This document shows positions 11,352-32,968 of a DNA stretch of 64,000 nucleotides, in pieces. Below the pieces are notes generated by a model. The model saw nothing but the letters and a program-made list of their open reading frames with translations. It did no database searches and was not told the DNA's origin. Made by a program: the position numbers and the translations under genes. Position 1 is the first letter of the stretch; each line of letters opens with the position of its first letter. Source of the DNA: Amoebidium appalachense. Lineage: Eukaryota; Protista; Ichthyosporea. The stretch is taken from contig CAVNZM010000004.1 in NCBI GenBank assembly GCA_963693365.1, forward strand, positions 3,710,047 to 3,774,046, read 5' to 3'.

Positions 11352-12492
11352 TTTTGTGTTTGTGTGTATAAAACTATATATCCATCAGAAGTTGTGACCG
11401 ACCTGACAGTGTGTATTCGTTACATGAAGTGGCAGGCCTAATTGGTATGTTGTATTACACTAAGAGACATGGCTCTCCATGCACTTGGATGCCTTTTTAA
11501 GTGTTCTCCTTTTGAAAAGTACAGCCTCCCTATGCTGTTCTAAGAGAGGGCTCACACGTACTGACGGTGTGCACGCGCTGCGATGAACTTTACGTTCGCT
11601 GCAGACGGGATTTTTCCTTACAATCTCGCGACCGCGTGCATGCTTTCTGTCGCGGCGCCTCGACGGTTCGATAGAGTCCAGTGTTCGCTGAATGTGTAAG
11701 GAAAAATAAGGAGCCATCTCAGTAGGTGGTAGAAGAGAGGGGTGCCACGCTGTGCTGTGCACGTGAGATTTGGGATCCGTGAGATTTCCTTTTTTGTTTT
11801 CAATCAAATTCAAGCTGTACTACTGTAGTAGCGTATGCCGCATGCACCCATGGGCGCAAATGATTGGCCGAAGTACTTGCACGCAGATTTTGGAAAATTT
11901 GGAACTTGGCCAGAGGGGGAGCTAGGCAGGGGGCTGCCGGAGGCGGGAGATGGAAAGGACTGAGCGGGTGGGTGTACAGTGGGCGTGGATGAGTGTGAGG
12001 AGGTGAGGGGGAGGGGCTGGAGGGGGAGGGGGAGGGGGGGGGGGGGGGGGGGGTTCCTCGGAATACTGAATCAAAAAAATGCAGACGGCAACCTGGAGAT
12101 CTGTTGCCATCAGCCTCAAGAACTTTTGCGTTTGCAGGCTGACATACTAAAACATACCAGGAAGAGAAGGTTCCAAGTGTATTACAAAACAACCGAGGGC
12201 TTACACCACAAATAAAACACACCGTGTATTTCATGAACATACATGCAAGTGTAATATGCGCACGCAAAACTGAGAGCCACCGTGCACTCCACACCCATTC
12301 CCACCACCGGTCTGAAAAACGAAAATAGAAAGTATATACCATGACTACAACACTGCCGTGTACGTTTTTAAATTGGAAACTAGCAACCGTGTTTGAGTTA
12401 TTCAGTCATTAGTAGCCGTAATCACCCTCACTCTACAACTATTTTAAATCCACCTGATGAACATGCGGAGCAATTAGCACCGTCATATACAT

Positions 12493-12948
12493 CTAGCACG
12501 TTTTCCCCACCGCGTTCCCATGGCCCCTGCACATTCCCGAGTTTCCATACGTCGAGCATTGCCACGTGTTATCCGCACAGCAGACGTAAGCTTTGGGATT
12601 GTCGTACTTTCCATCCTTGTAGGAGCATTTTTTCTTATTCATCATGGCCTGTCGCAGGTCCAAATCGCAGCAAGCGGAGGTTGGTTTCTCCGGGCATTTC
12701 ATTCCAGTTTTCCCACCGTGACCCCGACACATGCCGGGGTTTCCAAAGGTAGAGCATTGCCATGTACTATCCTGGCAACATGTGTACGCGTTCGGATTGT
12801 CATACTTTCTATCCTTGTACGCACATGTTTTCGCTTGCATGAGTTGCTTGAGGGTCTTTGGGTCGCAGCACTTGCCAGCAGACACCTTGCTGGCTGGTGT
12901 GGCCAGCAGCCCGCTTACGCAGGTTAGAATAGTTACCAAAGCGAGCAT
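12493..12948 (-). CDS. Secreted, Lys-rich, cysteine-rich protein with two tandem 59-aa 8-Cys domains (151 aa)
   Basis: ATG at 12948; signal-peptide-like N-terminus MLALVTILTCVSGLLA; two repeats with identical spacing CC-x13-C-x14-CC-x6-C-x8-C-x10-C and shared YKD.KYDNP.AY.CC.D.TWQCST.GN.GMCRGHG; no introns in the CDS. Confidence 0.85.
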   Translation of the reverse strand: MLALVTILTCVSGLLATPASKVSAGKCCDPKTLKQLMQAKTCAYKDRKYDNPNAYTCCQDSTWQCSTFGNPGMCRGHGGKTGMKCPEKPTSACCDLDLRQAMMNKKKCSYKDGKYDNPKAYVCCADNTWQCSTYGNSGMCRGHGNAVGKTC

Positions 12949-13209
12949 CTTATGGCTTTTTTTTGTGTACACCTTTAAGTGATGGGCGGCTTCATTAGCA
13001 AGTCATTTCCAGAGCCCTATGATACCGTCACAGTGTGACAGTGCAGGACTAAGGCGCGGGTCGCCGGCCGGGCCTCCGACTCGGAGTTTGTGTCCACCCG
13101 GCAAATTGCAGATGTGACATGCGATGCCCAAGTCACCAATCAAAACAGAACATTTGCGTTGATTGGCTCAAACAGCACCGTCACTGCCTCGACCTGCCAC
13201 TACCCTAAG

Positions 13210-13559
13210 GGGTGTGGCGACTTGACTTCAAGTCGCGACTTGACGTCACCAAGCACCTGACTTCAACCTAGTCAAGTCAAGCAATGAGGCCGGACATGTG
13301 ACTTGACGGGGGTAGGGGGGCTTTGGGGGGGGCAAGAATAGGAGGGTGGGTGAGAAGGGGGGGGGGGGGGGGGGGGGGGGGGGCGGCAATGCCCGCCCGT
13401 GACCCAGCCGGCCGGAGGAGTTGCTAAAGGGGTTTACACACTTTCTATAAAAAAAAAAGTACTTTTCAAGTCGCGACTTTTAAGTCAAGTCAAGTCATCA
13501 AACCCAGCAAACAAATATAATTATAAGTCAAGTCAAGTCATTGAGGCTCTGCCACACCC
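13210..13559. mobile_element. Putative MITE with AAGTC/GACTT subterminal repeats (hAT-like)
   Basis: Inverted ends GGGTGTGGC (13210-13218) and GCCACACCC (13551-13559). GACTTGACTT motifs cluster toward the left and AAGTCAAGTC toward the right; CAAGTCGCGACTT occurs twice. No clear target-site duplication. Confidence 0.45.
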
Positions 13560-15047
13560 GGCGGCCAGTCTGTCCGACTCACACACCGGTGTCCGGTGTC
13601 ACCCAGCTCTGCCGCGCTCTCTGCAGGCTCAAGAGCGGCTGTTGTATGCATGTACTTGTAGGCTCAGCTGAGCAGAACTTGCAGCAGATTAGGAGCCAGC
13701 AGGCCCGTGGAGAGCTCAAAAGTTCAGCCGAGCCCAGGGCTGAGTCAACAGGCTGTGTGGGTGTAGTACTACGGGCTGATCTGATTCAATGCCAACCGTT
13801 TTTCAAGACGCCGATAGCTTTTGCAATTACGGCTCTGACAACGGCTTTTTAAAAAGGCCCAAGAATATAATATAATTCTCAAGTGGATGTCTCCCGAGTC
13901 GCCAGTTTACTACTCGACAATTGGCCATGTGTGAGTGCACGCCTTGGTGTGGATACACTGCATGCGGCAGCCGGCTGCCTGGCATGAAAACTAACATGCT
14001 TCGCGCATGCATGCCTGCCCGTGCGCGAGCATCTCATTGATAGCATGATGATGGTAGCAAGACATACACCCGGCGTACCGTGAACGTTGTGCGTGCGAGG
14101 TCAGTAGTTGCGCAAATTTTTTTAAAGCCTTTGGCCAACCCGTTGTCGGGCAGTACTAGTGGTCGTCGCATGCGCACACACGTGTGTGTGCACGTGACAC
14201 GCACACACCCGTGTACACACACACACAGGCACACGCGGACACACATGGACACACGTAAGAACGCACACACGCACACACCGCGAGGAGGAGGAGGAGGAGG
14301 GCCCGGGGGAGGGGGGAAGGGGGCTCTTGACCACGAAAGATACCGATTAGACACTGCAACATTAATATTACTCTCTCGTTGTTTCAAAATGGTCTGTCTA
14401 AGCCACAGGCATTCATCTGGAATAACTATGAACTCAAAATTCGTGACGGGCAACTCCGTGCTTAGTGTACATATGTTCTTCTCAGCTAGCACATATACAA
14501 CGTTAACCCGTATATATATTCACTACATGCAGATTGTGTGAAACTTCGGGGCACAAAATGTCGTTTCACTGTCTGTAAAAACAACCAAAAGTTTCCTTTA
14601 CTAAGCCGAGTCTAAATTTCAGGAGTGTAGCTGGTAAACACACGTCCTTCCTCCTCGAGTTTTCTCAGCCAGCAATTGCAACTGCCTTGCTTCGTTGTTC
14701 TCTTTCATAAAATTTCAACATTCATCGATGAAAAAAACACTGCCAGATTCTCACTGATCATGACACCTGAGATCTATACTACGCCATCAGTTTCAAGCGC
14801 TTTCTCCTCAACAGTATATATATTATGTATAATTGATATGTTCAAAAGTCGTTTTCTACATATGTATGTTGTTGGGTGGAAGTACTGTTGGCCTTGGTGC
14901 CGACACATCATCACAACGCATACATGTCGTTAACAAACAGCAGCCCCTCCCCCCCCCCCCCCCCTAGCGCCACCCCCTTCCCCCAATATGTTATACGTTT
15001 GGCCTCGTCCAACGTACACATCTAAAACCGTATACACCGAGTTCTCT

Positions 15048-15421
15048 TTAACTTAACTTAGTGAAGCCCGTTTTTGGTTGCTGCCTTGGTGCCGGTGTCC
15101 TTCCCACCTCCATCTGCAACATAACATAATGCTGGTATGGGTCGGTCCACGGGTCATCCACAAGGCCCATGTCAACATCATCGCTACCGCTCCAATCCAG
15201 TTCTGGGAGGAAGCTCAAATGGCTCTTGGAGGCTTGCGACTGGGGGAGGAGCTGCTATAAAAGGGTGTGTGGGACCCAGAAGATGAGGAGAAGGGGCCAG
15301 GGGGAGGGGAGGGGGGGGGGGGGGGGGGGGGATTAGATTGTGTTGACAGAATATAAGGTAGACAATCACAACTGAAAACACAACATGTACACAGATTTTG
15401 CATAACCAAAAAGCCCAACAT

Positions 15422-15452
<31 letters not shown>

Positions 15453-16875
15453 ATTCAGAGTGTAATGGGTAGACAAAGTTGCACAGGGAAACACATGGTC
15501 GTTAAGATGCAGCATGTACAGAACTATTAGAATCAGGACACGCGGCAGTCTGTGATAGCCAGGTGGCGGGAAAGTAAACACATATCGATAAAATTCTTAA
15601 CCTTTTTAGAAAAGTTTACCCCCTCCCATTTGATGACCTCATATCTATTATCATGTAGTTCTTAATCCAAATCCGAACCGCTTACGGTCAACCTAAACTC
15701 ACTAACCCAGCTTCAAAGAGAATAGCTTAAATAATCAATAGCTCACAGTAAGTCTATTCCCGAGTAAAATTTTATAAAGTTTATCTGAATAAGCTAACAT
15801 TGAGGAAAGAATAAAAAAAAATAAAATTTAGAAAAAAAGAATAAGATACAGAACATAAGTATAGGAATCAGTGGTGCTCTTGAGTGCATGGCATAAATAA
15901 ATTGCGATCGCACACGGTATAACATAAGTGCACCACCTTAGGCCCGGCTTCGCTGTTTTACACGTGTCTACTCCCTCGCCTCCTTGCTGGAGGCATTCCG
16001 GTTATAGTATTTCTTGTGTAGTAGCACCATGAATAGTGTTTTCTTTCTTTGTTTATCTGGTGATAAGAGAGGCCGCTTGTCTGTTCATGTGTGGACTGAC
16101 TCGGATCATGAACACGGGGGAACTTGGCTTTATTTGGCACAATCTTCTGAGTGATCGGGCTGAGATGCCAACAACAGCAGATGGGGGCAAGCCAGCCTTG
16201 CGTCGCGCGTGAAAATAGGCAATGCGACCAACTGCCGATGAACAGCCAAATCGCTGTAGCTCTGTCTTCTCTCTTTATGGCGCACTTTCCAATATAAATT
16301 TTAGCCAACTTCGTTCTGATGTCTCTTCGACACCTTGTTTTTACGACTGTGGCAACTTGTGGATACTGAACAGTCGGATTTCTCAAATATACGTCTATAT
16401 GGAACAGAGAAACTTTGAATGACCTTGAAACAGGTTAATTTTATTTGAACAGGTCAATCCGATCATAGAAAAAAAAGAGGAGTCCAGCAACACCCCACTC
16501 CCACACGCACACCCAGAAGAACGACTAGTTGAACTTCAACCAAGAAAGCAAGATGCAAAGCAAAAAATGTGGAAGGAAGCAAGGAAAACAAAAGGCACCT
16601 ACCTGCGACTGTGCTTGTCTCGTGTCAGCCGCCTGAGCTTGTCTTGTGTTGTTGTTTCTACCCTCCATGTTTGCCTGATTTACATTAAGATTCGTGGCCG
16701 AAGACCCATTCCTCGGCGTGTTTTGCGGCAGCAAGCTTGTGTTGAACTTCGCCAGAAATGCTTCTGGGAGTATGTGTGCGTCCTCTGACAACCAGTCGAA
16801 CGGTGCGTACTCGGACTCATCGAGCAAGGAGCCACCCACGGCCCCTGAGAGAGGCGAAACAAGTGATGTGCCCAT
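15048..16875 (-). CDS. Possible small spliced gene of unknown function (acidic, low complexity)
   Basis: Exon 16875-16603 (MGTSLVSPLS...RQAQSQ) ends at a CAG|GTAGGT donor. A phase-0 acceptor at 15254 continues QLLPQSQASKSHLSFLPELDWSGSDDVDMGLVDDPWTDPYQHY... to a donor at 15107 or to TAA at 15048. No recognisable domain. Confidence 0.3.
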
Positions 16876-18329
16876 TTCCAATTCTCGTGCTGTGAATTCC
16901 GTGGATTTTGCGGCCAGGTGCGGCAAGCGGGCTTGATTACAAACGCATATAAAAGATTTTCGAAAGGGAAACGAATTTTGGTTCGAAGAGTGCCCCCCTG
17001 TAGGTTCAAAAAAAACACCAAAAGTTGTTAGAGTACCATGTCATTGAAGGCTAAGACCGGCAGTTCCCGAGAATAGGAGTTACCATGAGGTCAAACACTG
17101 CTCCTTCTCCCAAGTGTTCTAGCATGCACGTCTTTATGGCTCCAAGCTCCTCAGCACACAACACATACCGAAACTCGGGTCACTAAGTAAGGGGTTTCAG
17201 TCAGTAATCCTCACTAAATAAGCTACAGTTTCATGTAAAGGGCTGTTGCATCTGAACAATGTCGTAGCCCAGAATAGCGTTTCGCATCAGTGTACCGGTT
17301 ATAACTGCTGAGTGAATAACTTCATATAGCATGGTTATGTAAAAACTCCATTTGACGATTGAAACGGTAGTAACGTTTGCTCTTGCGTATACGTTTCGTT
17401 TCTCCTTCTGCGTTTCACGCTACAGAGACGCTAAACTAGTACAGTACACTCAGGTGATGATGTACCGTAATACTCTTTCTGCACAGGGAGGCAGATTTAC
17501 TCATTCTACCACGCGTTATCACTGTGTTGCGAGTGTCACTGCCAGTGCATGGGATGGGATGGAAGAACGTAACCGTCAGTGCTGTGGCTATGTCCCCCTG
17601 ATAGCGACCCCAAATATTTTCAAATTTCTTGACATAAAAATACTTTTTTCTAAGAGAACAAAAATGATTACACAGTGTGTCATAGGGAATATTTTCATAC
17701 CCCAATGCACACTTATGCTGCAATTATAGAAATCATCAAAATGCAGTAAAAGTAGATGGCATTGCTGCAAAGTATAGCAAGAATCATGTGCCTGAAAATA
17801 CACTTTGGTCAGCTGAGAAAATTTTCCCAAACCCAGATTGAATACATCCGCCAATCAAACGCGCATAGCTTATCTTTTTTATCCGTAGGAGTCAGTCATT
17901 CCCGACCGAGGAAGGGTGGGTAATTGGGTAGGATGTGGGTGGGGAGGGTGAGCTGTCTCACGTGAGAGGATCCGGGTACAGCCAATCAGAGTGCGCCAAT
18001 CAATTAGAAAGCAGAGCGCAGAGCTTTAATTTAACCAGCTCTCCCATTCATTTTATCGATTGGATTTCCAAGTCAGAACACGCATTATGACGCATTTCCA
18101 AGCCAAAGCACAAGGCATTGACACGTCACACGGCCTCTATAACTTTTTTATAAGTGCGCCGGCGGCAAAACATGGGCGGACGCAACCAAAACACACATCG
18201 TGGCAACCAGTACACGTGATAGGAGACACGTGATAGAACAACTGTGAGCATGTCCTCGCGCCTGTGCATCTTGTGAGTCAAGGACGTCAGCCTGTCACAG
18301 TGCCACCCGCCGCAAACCAGTCCATGCGC

Positions 18330-18710
18330 CAGATGATATTGCGAATCGTGTTCTCAATTCGATTCCGAATCCTTGACTGCTTCCAATTCGATTCCGAAAT
18401 CCTAGACCGATTCCAATCCGATTCGTAATACCTTACCACTCCGATCCGATTCTGAAGCGATTTCCGATTTCCGCCCCAGATGAGTCAGAGACGACAGCAT
18501 GCTCGAGTGGGGCGAGGGAAGCGAGCCCCGCAGGGCAGCAGCGCGCAAGTGCTAATAAGAAAGCCTGAAGGGAGAAAAGGCCACCATGTGCTCAGAGCCT
18601 CGAGATCTGTTTCAAGTCAGATGATGTTGCGATGCGAGTCAGTTCTCAATCCGATTCGAAATCTACACCGATTCCAATCCGATTCCGAATTGGTTTCGAA
18701 TCGGTTCCGG
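18330..18710. repeat. Two blocks of ~30-bp tandem units with core TTC(T)CAAT(T/C)CGATTC; probable transposon subterminal remnant
   Basis: Units at about 18351, 18381, 18411, 18440 and 18643, 18672. Both blocks are preceded by CAGATGAT(A/G)TTGCGA. A related TTCTCAATTCGG occurs near 20550. Confidence 0.6.
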
Positions 18711-20910
18711 CTAGCTCCAGAGCCTTGGTTCGGGCACACGCGGAGGCTTTATGGCGACGCAATTCATATCAAATCTACGGCAGCTTCGACATTCGACAGT
18801 CCGTTATTGCCATGCGTAGAGTTGGTTACAGCTTAGCATATGCATATGATATTTAAACTTATAACTAAGTTATGAATCACTTATTATAGCACCCAAACAT
18901 CAAAACACTTTATACAGCTAACCAAGTATTTAAACCTACCTGGTTTCGCTTTAATTCCCGGGGCCTCGGCAGGGGTTGTGGGGTTCAAAGGTTGGCTGCG
19001 CTACACGTTTTACCTTAAGCGCAATCATATTGTCAGAAATTTAAAACTTTTAAATTATGTTAGCGGGGTTCGTCTCATGAATGACTCGTACAGACCCCTC
19101 ATATTATGAAGTTTGACGACCCATTTCAGTATCTATTTGACACTCCCTTATCGATTACACACCCCGAAAGACAAAACAGGGCTTCATATTCCGCTCTGGA
19201 GTTCCAAAATAACCACCTGACCACCTTTTACCCGGGAAAACACCTTTTCTTGTATGAAAACACACAAAAATACACTATTTTAGCCTACTTCACTGCTACG
19301 AAAAACCAATGCAGCACCTCACAGCGTTACTCGTATTGACGCCCTGGGCTTAATCGTAAATACGACGAAAGTTTGAGTCGTAATTCAACCCCTGAGCCTC
19401 GATTTATCCGATTGGGTAAAAGGCTATGCTTTTTTTGGTTGGCCAATCATATTCTACAGCTGAATCCACTGGTGACCGTTTGCCACAACGTTGCCTGGTG
19501 CATGGGAGCTCTCGCTTATATAGGGACAGAGGAGTCGTGTGAATGACATACTGAGTGTAGTAATGGAATTTGTGATATCATACTCTTGTGTGATTATTCT
19601 ACAGTGTTGTCGACTCACATAAACTGTAATGTGTAATATTCGCCCAACATGATGACAACGCCGGCTCAAGGATCATCGTGACATTGCCATGCGAAATTCC
19701 TGGATCAGATGCCATAGTCCCCCTAGCTCCACTCTGAACTTGGCGGTCACATCATAGTACTCACAGGGCTGGTCGGCCAGGCCAAGACCAGGCCCGCGGG
19801 ATCCAATAATGTATGCATACTCTGTGCCATGCGCATGCCACTAAAATTTTTGTTGTAATGATATCAAGTTCGAGCCAGTGACTGTAATGACTACACATGT
19901 ATCACATGGAGATATGACGAGTACCGTAACCCTGACGCGCCCATGCATGCTGCAGCTCCATGTGTTTTACTTGAATGCTCACAAATTCACAATCCTGAAG
20001 AGTGATTCATAAGCATACGACGTCAGGCCAGATGGTTCGAGGCATGCACACCGCATGCATGGATCGGGCCAGTTGAATCAGCCGCATCACTGAGTCGGAC
20101 ATGCATGTCTGCCAAAGTCACAAATTCAAGGGCGCCGGAATGATCTGGAACCGGGCCTCTGGAGTTATTTTGAGCGGCAATGCTGTAAGTAGCGAGGTCT
20201 CTGATCTATGGCCAATCGCAATCTACAATTTGACTAGATCAATCTTCGTGGCTCACGGATTACGTAATAATCAGCCTTTAGCCCAATCGGGCAAAACACG
20301 AAATCATCCCGAGTAACCGTTTTTGTGCCACCGGCAAAGGCATGATTGGTGTTCCCGCATTCCTGAGGATCGGAATGCACTTCCTGAGCCAAAAACGGAC
20401 GAAACGAGCCGGTTACTTCCCGAACCGGCTCGGAAACTCCCGAGCCAGCGAGAGTCTCCCGTAACAGGGCTACAATATCGAACCCCGTCCTTAGGCATAC
20501 GTATTTGCTATTTTTAGAGATCTTCGGATTGATTCAGTTGAGTTTTGACTTCTCAATTCGGAATGATTACCCCAGAATCGGCAGGCCCCGCTGAGCGTAT
20601 GACAACTGCGGCCACGTACACTCGAGCTCGAGCAGGAGACTGAGGCCGCGGTGTGTAATAGTGCAACAGTAGGTGTAATCGCTAACGGCTCTGAGTAAAC
20701 CTTTATCCTAACGGGAAAATCACTTCTGCTAATTTTCAGGAGGGGTTTACTAGTGAAAAGTGCTCAAGTACGTCTGCACGTGGGGGACCATTGTAAGCGA
20801 AAACGGTCACAAGGAGGGACTTGTTTCGTGAAGTTGAGCGACGCAACATAGTACGCAAACCCCACAGATCCGGCGTTGAAGTTTATCTATGTAGCTAGAA
20901 CCATATTCCT

Positions 20911-20914
<4 letters not shown>

Positions 20915-20972
<58 letters not shown>
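20915..20972. repeat. (TA)29 microsatellite
   Basis: Pure TA dinucleotide run. Confidence 0.95.
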
Positions 20973-20973
<1 letters not shown>

Positions 20974-21194
20974 GGTACTGTACCCGGCTAATATCAATCA
21001 TGTATGTATATGTAGCCTAGGCTATGTGTCAGTTGGTAGATGTATTATTAGGTTGTATCATATATATGGAGATATGCAGTAGTAGGTACAGGTCAAAAAA
21101 AAAACCCCTATAATTATATGAATCGAAAGCTGGCATTTTCTTGGGTGCAGTGCCACGTGTGTTCAACATGATGAAAATCTACTTTTGCGCGCAT

Positions 21195-21239
21195 CATGTG
21201 TGTGCGAGTTGTGTATGTGTGTATGTCACGGTGTGTGCT

Positions 21240-21293
<54 letters not shown>

Positions 21294-21356
21294 GGGGCAG
21301 TGTGGGTCAGTGCGGTACCCGTGACAGTGTGTGTGTGCGTGTGCGTGTGAGTGTGC

Positions 21357-21408
<52 letters not shown>

Positions 21409-21413
21409 CAATT

Positions 21414-21444
<31 letters not shown>

Positions 21445-21541
21445 TCACACACTGTGCATGTGTATCATACGGTGCGTGTGTGTGTGTGTGTGTGTGTGAC
21501 GTGTGTGTGTGTTTGTGTTTGCGTGTGTGTGTGTGTGTGAC

Positions 21542-21576
<35 letters not shown>

Positions 21577-21668
21577 CACTGTGTGTGTATGTGTGTGTGT
21601 GTGTGTGTGTTTGTGTTTGTGTGTGTGTGTGTGTTGAACTTGTCACACACTGTGTATGTGCATCATAT

Positions 21669-21709
<41 letters not shown>

Positions 21710-21721
21710 GTCACACTGTGT

Positions 21722-21785
<64 letters not shown>

Positions 21786-21810
21786 CACTGTGTATCATGT
21801 GCATGTGCAT

Positions 21811-21853
<43 letters not shown>

Positions 21854-21880
21854 CCGGCTATGTATATGTGTGTGTGCGGC

Positions 21881-21919
<39 letters not shown>

Positions 21920-21924
21920 ATGTG

Positions 21925-21959
<35 letters not shown>

Positions 21960-22260
21960 TGTGTGTGTGTGTGTTTGTGCAACTGTGTGACTGTGTGTAC
22001 ATGTGTATAACATGTACATGTGTGTATGTGTGTATGTGTACACGTACATGTGTCACGGTGCATGGTGTGTGTACCGGTCTAGTACTGCATGTGTACATGT
22101 CATGATATTGTGTATGTGTGTGTGCGCGCGTGTGCGTGTGTACCGTGACGGGGTGTGCCACCATGATGATGTTCGTGTACGTGGGTGGGTGGGTGTGCAA
22201 GCGCTCACAGTGTGCCCGCATTACGTTGTTTGTGTGCATCGTGTCACTGTCTGGTTGAAT
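21195..22260. repeat. ~1-kb compound poly-G/(GT)n satellite downstream of the kinase gene
   Basis: A ~50-nt G run followed by (GT)n tracts repeatedly interrupted by (T/G)ACACTG and ATCAT motifs. Confidence 0.9.
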
Positions 22261-22682
22261 GCAGATTTGTGTGCATGGTGCTGTCACAGCGTGCGAGTCA
22301 GCGTGCAAAATTTAGAAAGTCCTGGTGTGACATTTATTGCCACCCACATATACCCAATTAATACGGGAGTATATACGATATGGTTAAAACAAAAAACAGA
22401 ACTTGAGTCAAAACCGAAAGCCATCTCAAACAAAGTATAATAAAAACTCCTCCGAAATATTATGATCGGCGTTGTGATTGATATCATACATACACTATTC
22501 TATTGCATCGCAGCAGTTGCCTCCTTCACATTACAAAAAATTTAAAAATGTCCTCTGTCAGTCACCAAACTACTAAAACAGTCAGACCCTACTACATACT
22601 TGTACACGAAGTTCATTGTACATGCATCTCGTAATAAGAGTCTGTGCGCAGTTTACAGATCGTTCTTAGTCATACATAAGTC

Positions 22683-22722
<40 letters not shown>

Positions 22723-22971
22723 TGTGTGTGCGTGTGTGTGTGTGTGTGTGCAGTGTCAGTGCCTCGGTAAGTTAATATGTTTTTGCAGTTGTATCTGTAT
22801 ATGTTGTTTATGTGACAATATGTGGTAGGCCTGCTCCGTTCAAACCACATTCACCAACCTTTCGCCGTCATCATATCACTTCCCTACATTATTTTGCAAT
22901 TATCAAGTACCTTATCACCAACATTTCCTCATTCAGAGTGAGCATATGACATTCACTCAGCACAGCATGCG

Positions 22972-32519
<9,548 letters not shown>

Positions 32520-32913
32520 CCTTAACCCTGAAAGGTAAAAAAACAGACACCGAGAACAAGGTTTGTCAGGTCTAAAAAAGGTGCTCTCCTGATGCACATA
32601 AACGCAATGATGTGGGGGGAAGAGTAAAGAAAGTGCTGCCGATATTCACCCTCCATGTATGGGAAAAAAAGCTTTCCACGAGAGACATTTCACAGCCCGT
32701 TTGGTGAAAGATCTTCTCTATATGGAAAACATGTAAGCCTATATGGATTTGCTACCGGAAATCACCCTCCATACCTATGCAGAACTTCGTCGTGGTGTAC
32801 TGGGGGGATGCATGTAATACTATGCTGCTCTACGTAGATAGCTTTTCGTTGCAACTTACCACGTGAGGCTATATTCTTAAAATTATTTTTCAAATAGGAT
32901 GTGATGAGCCCTT

Positions 32914-32968
<55 letters not shown>

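Noticed and set aside
17945-17985. tRNA-like fragment (TCTCACGTGAGAGGATCCGGGT)
   Set aside because: No T-loop GTTCGA, D-arm or acceptor stem.
18351-18700. CRISPR-like repeat-spacer array
   Set aside because: Repeats are degenerate, the variable parts are only ~12-14 nt and resemble each other, there are no cas genes, and the context is eukaryotic.
19670-19845. Short protein-like minus-strand frame (WHAHGTEYAYIIGSRG...)
   Set aside because: About 55 codons, with no start or splice partner found and no recognisable family.
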